A DNA stretch of 64,000 nucleotides, from the NCBI GenBank assembly GCA_031414535.1, contig JANNVQ010000038.1, positions 1-64,000 on the forward strand. The letters run 5' to 3'. Below the pieces are notes generated by a model, which had not been told where the DNA came from, did not search any database, and saw nothing but the letters and a program-made list of their open reading frames with translations. This document shows, piece by piece, positions 56,515 through 64,000 of the stretch (position 1 is the stretch's first letter; every line of letters begins with the position of its first letter). A program made the position numbers and the translations under genes. Source of the DNA: Gemmatimonas sp. GTDB lineage: Bacteria > Gemmatimonadota > Gemmatimonadetes > Gemmatimonadales > Gemmatimonadaceae.

Positions 56515-57413
56515 CGGAGCGTCACCGCCGAGCGGAAGGCTTCTTCAAGCGAGGACTCCGCGGGTGCAACGGCGACAATCAGTGTGCCCTGCGCGATTGC
56601 CGCTGCCAGTCCTGCGTTGAGCGCCGCCACATCCGCCGTACATTCCACGTCCGGTCCGTTCATGGTGGCACCCGGCAAATGTTCGATGAGCGCGTCAGGC
56701 ACCTGGGCGACCCGGATACGCCACCGACGCGCCGTGCCCTGCCCGGCCGACTCGCGCACGCTGACGATGCGCTGAATGTGGCCGCGATCAATGATGGCCA
56801 CGCGGTCACACAGGCGCTCGAGTTCGTCGAGATTGTGCGAGGCGATGATGATGGCGCGCTCCGGGCGCCTCAGCCCCGCGACGATATCGCGGAACCGCGC
56901 GGTCCACACGGGATCGAGTCCATGCGTGGGTTCATCGAAAATCACGAGATCGCGCTCGGCCAGTAGCGCCTGCGCGAGACCGACGCGCTGCAGATTGCCC
57001 TTGCTGAGGGCCTTCAGTTTCTTCTTGCGGTGCTCGTCGATGCCCACCGCCTCGATGACGCGCTCGACGGCCGCCCGACGCTCTGCCGCCGGCACACCGG
57101 ATAGTGCGGCGAGGCGCAGCAGCGCATCATCGGTGCGCCATTCGAGCGGGAAAGTCATCAGTTCGGGCAAGTAGGCCACGCCGGAGCGCTCCGCGAAACC
57201 GCGCGGCGAGAGCCCATCGATGCTCATCTCACCGGCGTCGGGCGTGAGCAAGCCCAGCAGCATGGCAATCAGCGTGCTCTTCCCTGCGCCGTTGGGGCCG
57301 GCGATGCCGACGACTTCCCCTCGTGTCACTTCTAGCGTGACATCTGAGACGGCGCGGACCGGCGAACCGAAGATGGTGCGGTAGGTCTTCCCGACGTTGT
57401 TCAGTACAATCAC
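56511..57413 (-). CDS. ABC transporter ATP-binding protein (ABC-2 type)
   Basis: GPNGAGKST, LSKGNLQR, FDEPTHGLDP, ASH. Confidence 0.93.
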   Translation of the reverse strand: MIVLNNVGKTYRTIFGSPVRAVSDVTLEVTRGEVVGIAGPNGAGKSTLIAMLLGLLTPDAGEMSIDGLSPRGFAERSGVAYLPELMTFPLEWRTDDALLRLAALSGVPAAERRAAVERVIEAVGIDEHRKKKLKALSKGNLQRVGLAQALLAERDLVIFDEPTHGLDPVWTARFRDIVAGLRRPERAIIIASHNLDELERLCDRVAIIDRGHIQRIVSVRESAGQGTARRWRIRVAQVPDALIEHLPGATMNGPDVECTADVAALNAGLAAAIAQGTLIVAVAPAESSLEEAFRSAVTLR

Positions 57414-58522
57414 TGCACAATTCGTAAAAGGCCTGCATCCGCGCTTCCGCGGAGAAAGCTCTCCGCATCACGCGTGGGAATCAGCATCCCGGTCAGCGAG
57501 AAGCCGCGACGAGCCTCTGACTGCATGAACTCTTCGAGCGTGCGCATCAGTTGCCCCGGCGTCGCATCGCGCATGGCCATCACAATCTCCTCCCAGCTGC
57601 CTTCATAGGGACGTCCGTCTCGGCCCACCACCTTGTGGTGAACAGGTCCGCCGCGCTGCTCGCTCAGATCGCTGAGCAGCGCTCCGAACAGCTCCAGCTG
57701 CGAACGCGCCTCTTCCTGCTCCTGTTCCACGGCGCGCTGCTCAATCTCACTGAGCATTTCCTCGAGCGGATCGCTGGGCGGCGTGAGCTCGACAAGTCGC
57801 TCTTCCCAGATTTTGAGCGAGGAATCGTCGTCGCGCAGGCGGAGGTGCGACTTCTTGAGTTCGAGCAGGCGCCAAATGCCGAGTTCGTCCCAGTGATCTT
57901 CGGGCTTGGTGCGATCGAGTTGGAACAGCGCGCCCTCGTACTCGCCCTGATCATAGAGGAGATTGCCGAGATAGATGCGCGCTTCGCTGTGCTCAGGATC
58001 GAGTTGCAGCGCCTTGCGCAGGGTCTCCACGGCTGCGGGTTCGTCGCCCAGGCGATGTTGCGTGTAGCCCACCATCGCGATGGCCTCGGCGTTCTCCGGC
58101 GTCTGCTGCACGGCGACATCAAAGAAGTCCTTGGCGTCTTCCATGAAGCCTTCGCGAAACAGCGCCCGACCCACCTGCAGCATCAACTCGATATCGTCGC
58201 TGTAGCCGAGCTCGAGGATGCGCCGAAAACTCCTGAGGCCGGCGTCGGTCTGACCGAACTTGATGAGCACCTCGCCGAGCCCGGCAAGCGCATCCTCGTG
58301 CTCGGGATCGAGGACTAGGGCCTCCTCGAAGGACCGACGCGCCCAGGCGAATTCCTCGCGGGCCAAGCGCGCGTATCCCACACCGACGTGCAATTCTACG
58401 GCGTTCGGATATAAACCGAGGCCCTCGCGCAGCAGCGTGAGTGCCTCGTCAAAGCTGCCTTCGTTGTAGAGCTGGTGCGCGCGCTCGTCGTACTCCTCAG
58501 AACTCAGGAACGGAGAGGGCAT
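57410..58522 (-). CDS. Tetratricopeptide repeat protein
   Basis: Several TPR motifs (ALVLDPEH, ALQLDPEH); GGAGG RBS. Confidence 0.85.
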   Translation of the reverse strand: MPSPFLSSEEYDERAHQLYNEGSFDEALTLLREGLGLYPNAVELHVGVGYARLAREEFAWARRSFEEALVLDPEHEDALAGLGEVLIKFGQTDAGLRSFRRILELGYSDDIELMLQVGRALFREGFMEDAKDFFDVAVQQTPENAEAIAMVGYTQHRLGDEPAAVETLRKALQLDPEHSEARIYLGNLLYDQGEYEGALFQLDRTKPEDHWDELGIWRLLELKKSHLRLRDDDSSLKIWEERLVELTPPSDPLEEMLSEIEQRAVEQEQEEARSQLELFGALLSDLSEQRGGPVHHKVVGRDGRPYEGSWEEIVMAMRDATPGQLMRTLEEFMQSEARRGFSLTGMLIPTRDAESFLRGSADAGLLRIVQ

Positions 58523-58623
58523 CTTGGGTCTGACCTCCAGCTCACAAGGTGGATACGACTAAGGTATCGCGCGGACCAACATGTCAACAGCCACCACCGC
58601 CGTCACAGATGCGGCCAAAAAGG

Positions 58624-59166
58624 CTAGGTCGGCGGCGTTCCTCGGGTACCCCGCGCCGGCCCGTCTGGATGCACCCGACACGCCGGTGGCTGCTCGATGC
58701 TGTACGTGAGGTTGGCGATGCGCCAACGCTCGCCGATGAGCACGAGCGTAAAGACATCCACGCCACAATGCGACCAGGTGTCGTCCACATAGAGGTCGTA
58801 CGGCAGCCACACCACGGCGATGGTGCCCGCGATGCGCAGGTCGGGCTCGAACCCGCGCTCGATGATCGGGTCTCGGCGACCGGCGGCGCGCTGCGATTCT
58901 GCGGTTCGCATCCGATAGTCGGGACGACCACTGCGCGTGCTTGCGGCGTACACCTGAGCCTCGGGTGTCATGAGGTCGCTCAGGCGTGCGACCTCACCGG
59001 TGTTGATGAACCGCATCGCGGAATCAACAACAGCCATCACGGCCGCTCGCTGCTCCTGGGCCTGCGCTGCGCCGGGAGCCGCGAGATGGAGAGCAAGCAC
59101 GAGCGCCAGGCAAAAGTGGCGGGGCAAACGGCGGGGCATCCGGAACTCCGAAAGGAGAGGGTTCAT
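58624..59166 (-). CDS. Exported NTF2/SnoaL-like protein
   Basis: IAVVWLPYDLYVD..WSHCGVDVFTL...WRI; ATGA overlap with the psuG stop. Confidence 0.72.
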   Translation of the reverse strand: MNPLLSEFRMPRRLPRHFCLALVLALHLAAPGAAQAQEQRAAVMAVVDSAMRFINTGEVARLSDLMTPEAQVYAASTRSGRPDYRMRTAESQRAAGRRDPIIERGFEPDLRIAGTIAVVWLPYDLYVDDTWSHCGVDVFTLVLIGERWRIANLTYSIEQPPACRVHPDGPARGTRGTPPT

Positions 59167-60089
59167 GCGGGGCGCTCGGCTAGCGATCGCGCGACCGCCG
59201 CGGCAAGGGCGGCGTTGGCCTCGAGTAGCGCGAGATTGGCCTGCAGCGAGCGCCCGTGCGTGGCCCGCTGCACAGCGGCGAGCAAATACGGCGTCACGGC
59301 CGCACCGCGCACGCCGGCCTCGCGGGCGGATGCGAGAGCCGCGTCTACTGCCGCATTCACGAGCGCGTCGTCGAGCGCCTCGGGTTCCGGCACCGGCTGG
59401 ACCAGCAACACCGCGCCCGGATGCCCCGTGCGCCACGACGCCCGTGCGATGGCGGCCACTTCGTCAGGGGATTCCGCACGCGAGGAGACTTTCAGCCCCG
59501 TTCGTCTCGTAAAAAACCCCGGAAACTCATCCGTGCCGAATCCGACGACGCTTACGCCGTACGTCTCGAGCCGCTCGAGCGTGGCGGGCAGATCGAGAAT
59601 AGACTTGGCTCCAGCGCAGACTACGACGACCGGCGAGCGCGAGAGCTCGAGGAGATCTGCCGACTCATCAAAGGCAGGTTCGCGATGCACGCCACCGATG
59701 CCTCCAGTGGCGAACACCGGGATGCCAGCAGCGCGGCAGATGGTGAGCGTGGCCGCCACCGTGGTGGCGCCGTCGGCGCGTTGGGCCATGGCGAGCCCCA
59801 AGTCCCGCGAAGAAACCTTGCGCACCCCGTCGCGCTGAAGGAAGCGCGCGTGCTCGCTCTCGCTCAGCCCAACGCTGAGCTCGCCTGCCACAACCGCTGT
59901 AATTGCGGGAACGGCACCGCCTGCGCGAACGGCGGCCTGCATACGCGCTGAGGCCTCCCCGTTGCTAGGAACGGGGAGGCCTTGTGCCAGCACAGAACTT
60001 TCGAGGGCGACAATCGGGCGACCAGCATCGCGGGCTGCGGCGACTTCAGTGGTCCAGCGGACCCAACCGTCGCTCTGCCCAAACGCCAC
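59163..60089 (-). CDS. psuG: Pseudouridine-5'-phosphate glycosidase
   Basis: VALESSVLAQG, KVSSRD, ATTVAAT, ATGGIGGVHR, DESADL, GAKSILD, VTPYLL. Confidence 0.93.
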   Translation of the reverse strand: MAFGQSDGWVRWTTEVAAARDAGRPIVALESSVLAQGLPVPSNGEASARMQAAVRAGGAVPAITAVVAGELSVGLSESEHARFLQRDGVRKVSSRDLGLAMAQRADGATTVAATLTICRAAGIPVFATGGIGGVHREPAFDESADLLELSRSPVVVVCAGAKSILDLPATLERLETYGVSVVGFGTDEFPGFFTRRTGLKVSSRAESPDEVAAIARASWRTGHPGAVLLVQPVPEPEALDDALVNAAVDAALASAREAGVRGAAVTPYLLAAVQRATHGRSLQANLALLEANAALAAAVARSLAERPA

Positions 60090-60317
60090 TTAGGCGTCGT
60101 CGAAATCGTCGGCGCGACGCGTGTCCATGAGATCGCGTTCGCGAGCGTCCGGATCGAAGACCGCGAGGATCTTCACGTTCTCGCCAGCATAGCAATCGAA
60201 GGCCTTGCCAGTGCCGCGCTTGATCGAGATTTCGTGCCCGTCCTCGAAACGGAGGACAGCGGTCGGGAACTCGTTGTTGACGTACTGCTTGCGGAGCTTT
60301 TTCGCGGGCGTGGGCAT
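60090..60317 (-). CDS. Small hypothetical protein (75 aa)
   Basis: Abuts the psuG start; coding-like codon use; TAGCCT-N6-ATG upstream. Confidence 0.65.
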   Translation of the reverse strand: MPTPAKKLRKQYVNNEFPTAVLRFEDGHEISIKRGTGKAFDCYAGENVKILAVFDPDARERDLMDTRRADDFDDA

Positions 60318-60403
60318 CGGAGTAGGCTAGGCGTTCAAGTGGGACCACGTCTCTCAAGCGAAGCTATCCCAGCAACGCTCACGGCGAAAGGGTCAGGACG
60401 GGG

Positions 60404-61594
60404 TCAAGTGACGGTCGGTCGGGAGTTTTCGAAGGCCTTCCAGGCCCCCGCCGTGAGGATGTCGTCAATCTCCTCCACCACGCGCGCCACCTCGTCGTCC
60501 GTTGAATAGAAGTGCGGAGCCACGCGGATGCCAGCGCCGGGGCGGTAGTCAATGACGACATCGCGCTTGAGCAGGGCTTGCGCCACTTCTGCGCCATGCG
60601 GGACGTCAAAGGCCACCGTTCCACCGCGGCGAGCGGGGTCGCGGGGTGCGTGCACGCGGTAGCCGCGGGCATCGGCCATGGCCACGAGCGCGGCGGTCTG
60701 GCGCATGCTCTTTTCGCGCAGGGCGCCCATCCCCACCTCACCTAGGATGCGCGGGCCCTCGGTGGCGGCGTAGAGCGAGGGCACCGTGGGCGTGCCGCCC
60801 AGCCAACGCCAGATGCCATCGGCCGGCTCCATCTGCTGATCAAACGCGAAGGGCCGCTTGTGAGCCTGCCAGCCGGTCAGCGCGGGCGCAAAGCGCGCGC
60901 TCGCGGATGGGCTGGCGTACACAAAGCAGCCGCCGGGCCCGCCGCAGAGCCATTTAAGCACACCACCAGCGAGGAAGTCCACGCCGCTCTTCTTCACGTC
61001 CACAGGAATCACTCCGACGGAGTGATAGGCATCGAGGGAAACCACGGCACCCTGCGTGTGCGCGTGCGCCACCAGCGCGTCGGCATCCATGATGTACGCA
61101 GACTTGAACAGCACGTGGCTGACGCAGACAAGCGCCGTGCGCTCCGTGATGGCCGCGTGCAGCGTGGCTTGGTCAATCGTGATGCCATCGCTGCTGGGAA
61201 CAACGACCACGCGCGCACCAAATTTTGGCGCGAGCTGCTCGATGGCATAGCGCACACTCGGGAAGTCGAGCTCCGTCATCACCACCGTGTCGCGATCCTT
61301 GGTGAACGGAATCGCCGAGAGGATGGTGGCCTGCGCCAGGGTCACAGTTGGCACGATGCCGACCTCGTGCGGCGCGGCACCGATAAGTGGCGCGACCATA
61401 TCACCCACCGTAACGGGCATCTCCCACCAACCCTTGGCCCAAGCCCGAACGCCGTGGGTGCGCCAGGCGTCCGTGTACTCCTGCAGGCGCGCGGGAACCC
61501 CGCGAGGCATGGCGCCAAGGGAGTTTGATACGAGATAGGTGCAGGTGTCGAGGATGGGGAACTCCTCTCGAAATCGCAGCAAAGTATCAGACAC
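60404..61594 (-). CDS. Kynureninase-like PLP enzyme (aminotransferase class V)
   Basis: YLVSNSLGAMP, DFPSVRY, SHVLFKSA, DAYHSVG, LKWLCGGPG, TGW. Confidence 0.85.
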   Translation of the reverse strand: MSDTLLRFREEFPILDTCTYLVSNSLGAMPRGVPARLQEYTDAWRTHGVRAWAKGWWEMPVTVGDMVAPLIGAAPHEVGIVPTVTLAQATILSAIPFTKDRDTVVMTELDFPSVRYAIEQLAPKFGARVVVVPSSDGITIDQATLHAAITERTALVCVSHVLFKSAYIMDADALVAHAHTQGAVVSLDAYHSVGVIPVDVKKSGVDFLAGGVLKWLCGGPGGCFVYASPSASARFAPALTGWQAHKRPFAFDQQMEPADGIWRWLGGTPTVPSLYAATEGPRILGEVGMGALREKSMRQTAALVAMADARGYRVHAPRDPARRGGTVAFDVPHGAEVAQALLKRDVVIDYRPGAGIRVAPHFYSTDDEVARVVEEIDDILTAGAWKAFENSRPTVT

Positions 61595-61666
61595 GGGGAC
61601 GGATAAAGGAAGAGGACACAACTATTACGGTGGCGACGCTGCTGCGTTGGCGCGCTGCGAACGAGT

Positions 61667-64000
61667 TCACACGTCCTCACGGGCTGGGTCCGGCCAGCGT
61701 CGCTCGAGCCAAGTGAACAACACGGGCAGTACAAGCAGCGTCAGCAGCGTAGACGTAATGAGTCCACCAATCACCACGGTGGCTAGGGGGCGCTGCACTT
61801 CGGCGCCGGTGCCCGTGGAGAGAGCAACCGGCAAGAATCCAATGCTAGCCACGAGGGCAGTCATGAGCACTGGCCGTAAGCGTTGGATGGATCCCTCGCG
61901 CGCGGCAACTTCTGGCTCGTATCCCTCACGGCGGAATCGCTGCACTGTCGTGAGGAGCACAAGGCCGTTCAGCACCGCCACGCCGGAGAGCGCAATGAAT
62001 CCGATGGACGCGGACACCGAGAGATGCAGCCCACGCAGCCACAGCGCGAGCACTCCACCGACGGCCGCAAAGGGAAGATTCACGAGCACGAGAGTCGCCA
62101 GCCTCCAGCTGCGTAGCGCGGCAGTAAGCAGCAACGCGATGAGTGCAATCGCGGCCGGAACCACGAAGCGAAGTCGACTCATCGCACGGCGTTGATTCTC
62201 AAACTGTCCCCCGTACTCGAGGAACACGCCTGGCGGCAGCTTGACCTCGCGCGCGATTGCTGCCTGCGCCTCTTCCACGAATCCGCCGAGGTCGCGACCC
62301 ACGACGTTGGCCTGCGCAAGGACGAATCGCTGGGCCCGCTCGCGGCTGACTTGCACCGGCCCCGGTTCCTCGCGAATGCTCGCGAGTTGGCCAAGCGGTA
62401 CGCGGGCGCCCGAGGGGGAGGGCACCGCGATGGAGGCAATCGCTTCGGCCGACGCGCGAAGTTCGTCTGGGTAGTACACGGCAATGTCTACCGCATAGTT
62501 GCCCTCGACAATGCTCGCCAATGGGCGCCCTCCGACAGCCGTCTCCAAGGCCTCTTGCACTTCAGCAACGGGAATCCCGTAGCGGGCCATGGCGCCGCGA
62601 TCAATGTGAACATTGAGGTAGCCCTGCCCTTCCGTTGCTTCGACCAACACATTCGCTGCGCCCGGCACGCGTCGCATCACCGTTGCGACGCGCTCAGCGA
62701 CTTCGAGATCCACCGTCGGATCGTCACCGAATACCTTTACCGCGAGATCTGCGCGCACACCGGAGATGAGTTCATCGAGGCGCATCGCCATCGGCTGCGT
62801 CATGCCGATAGCAATGCCAGGCACGCGGGCTGCCACGCGCGCTTCGAGTTCGGCGATGAGACTGTCCTTCGACACGCCATCGCGCCACTCGGCGCGCGGC
62901 TTCAGCATCACAAAGACGTCCGCTTGGTGCACGCCCATGGCGTCGGAACCGATCTCCGGGCGCCCAACACGGCTCACGGCGATGCTGACCTCAGGAGACT
63001 CGCGGACCGCGAGCTCGACTTCCTTCTGCATGTTCAGTGATGCCGAAAGCGCGATGGCCGGGTCACGCACCACTTCAATGAGAATCGAGCCCTCGTCGAG
63101 TTCAGGAACGAACTCCGTGCCGAGTTGCGGCACGAGTAGCATCGTCGAGGCAAAGACGGCAACTGCGGCGGCCACCGTGCGTCCGGGGCGCGGCAGCACC
63201 ACCGCCAGCACGCGTCCGTAGACGCCTTCGAGCCAGGTGGCCAAGCGGCGCGCAAACGCCGACTCCGTAGCGCCACGACGAAACACCCAGGTGGCGAGCG
63301 CGGGTACTGCCACCAGCGCCAACAGCAAACTGCCGAACAACGCCATCGCAATGGTCAGCGCCATCGGGCGGAACATCCGCGCCTCGAGTCCCTGCAAACT
63401 CAGGACCGGCAGATACACGATGAGAATGATCAGCACGCCGAACGCAATCGGGCGCCCCACATCGTGCGCCGCCTCGAGAATACGTCGCCGTAACGATGCC
63501 GGCGTGGTGGTGGCATTGGCTTCCCCGTCCGCGTGCAGCGAGCGCACAAACTGCTCCGCCATTACCACGGCGCCGTCGACAATCATGCCGAAGTCAATGG
63601 CCCCAAGGCTCATCAAGTTGGCCGAGAGCCCCAACCATCGCATGCCGAGCAGCGCAAACAGGAGCGAGAGTGGAATCGTGATGGCGACTAACAGGGCCGC
63701 GCGCACATTACCAAGGAAAAGCAACAGCACCGCGACGACGAGCAGCCCGCCCTCCACCAAGTTGGTACGCACGGTGCCGAGCGTGGCGTTTACGACGTCG
63801 GATTGGTCGTAGTAGCTGACCACGCGAACGCCCGGCGGCATGGCCGAGTTGATGACGTCCAGTCGGTCGCGAAGGCGCTGCGCCACCTCACGGCTATTCT
63901 CGCCGCGCAGCATCATCACGATGCCACTGACAATCTCTCCCTCGCCATCCTTGGACACTGCCCCTTGCCGTACCTCGGCGCCAAAGCGTACCTCGGCTAC
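61667..64000 (-). CDS. CusA/CzcA heavy-metal RND efflux pump, 5' end outside the window
   Basis: SANLMSLGAIDFGMIVDGAVV, MFRPMA, FVPELDEG, GVAVLNG, RLRPVLMT, EVQRPLATVVIGG. Confidence 0.93.
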   Translation of the reverse strand, partial: VAEVRFGAEVRQGAVSKDGEGEIVSGIVMMLRGENSREVAQRLRDRLDVINSAMPPGVRVVSYYDQSDVVNATLGTVRTNLVEGGLLVVAVLLLFLGNVRAALLVAITIPLSLLFALLGMRWLGLSANLMSLGAIDFGMIVDGAVVMAEQFVRSLHADGEANATTTPASLRRRILEAAHDVGRPIAFGVLIILIVYLPVLSLQGLEARMFRPMALTIAMALFGSLLLALVAVPALATWVFRRGATESAFARRLATWLEGVYGRVLAVVLPRPGRTVAAAVAVFASTMLLVPQLGTEFVPELDEGSILIEVVRDPAIALSASLNMQKEVELAVRESPEVSIAVSRVGRPEIGSDAMGVHQADVFVMLKPRAEWRDGVSKDSLIAELEARVAARVPGIAIGMTQPMAMRLDELISGVRADLAVKVFGDDPTVDLEVAERVATVMRRVPGAANVLVEATEGQGYLNVHIDRGAMARYGIPVAEVQEALETAVGGRPLASIVEGNYAVDIAVYYPDELRASAEAIASIAVPSPSGARVPLGQLASIREEPGPVQVSRERAQRFVLAQANVVGRDLGGFVEEAQAAIAREVKLPPGVFLEYGGQFENQRRAMSRLRFVVPAAIALIALLLTAALRSWRLATLVLVNLPFAAVGGVLALWLRGLHLSVSASIGFIALSGVAVLNGLVLLTTVQRFRREGYEPEVAAREGSIQRLRPVLMTALVASIGFLPVALSTGTGAEVQRPLATVVIGGLITSTLLTLLVLPVLFTWLERRWPDPAREDV

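Noticed and set aside
61667..64000. Truncated RND gene as a pseudogene
   Set aside because: The frame is open to the window edge; the 5' part simply lies outside the window.

Overview
GC-rich bacterial chromosome segment, probably Gemmatimonadota (inferred from gene content, not verified). No rRNA, tRNA, CRISPR array, prophage or transposase is seen. It holds: (1) a type IV pilus locus, pilS-pilR, GT-C glycosyltransferase, GT2 polyprenol-phosphate sugar synthase, TMTC-like mannosyltransferase and a sigma54-driven pilin; (2) comEA-pilB-pilT-pilC; (3) a type I secretion trio whose ABC ATPase motifs are degenerate; (4) lptFG-mlaE-mlaD, a TonB-dependent receptor, ctaB, ccmABCD-ppa, acs, pnuC with a NadR-like kinase, infA, arfB, hslR, psuG, several peptidases and a truncated CzcA/CusA RND pump. 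Best signals: a sigma54 promoter followed by a GEMM-I riboswitch with A at the ligand-specificity position (3',3'-cGAMP type) ahead of a STAS gene and ccmABCD; a candidate TMTC-type pilin O-glycosylation cassette; a Bacteroidetes-like 'Q-rule' (Gln at +1 of exported proteins plus a lipoprotein glutaminyl cyclase-like enzyme); two families of dispersed intergenic repeats; and a leaderless-gene signature (TANNNT-N6-ATG) at eight genes. All family calls come from reading motifs by eye; no database search was run.
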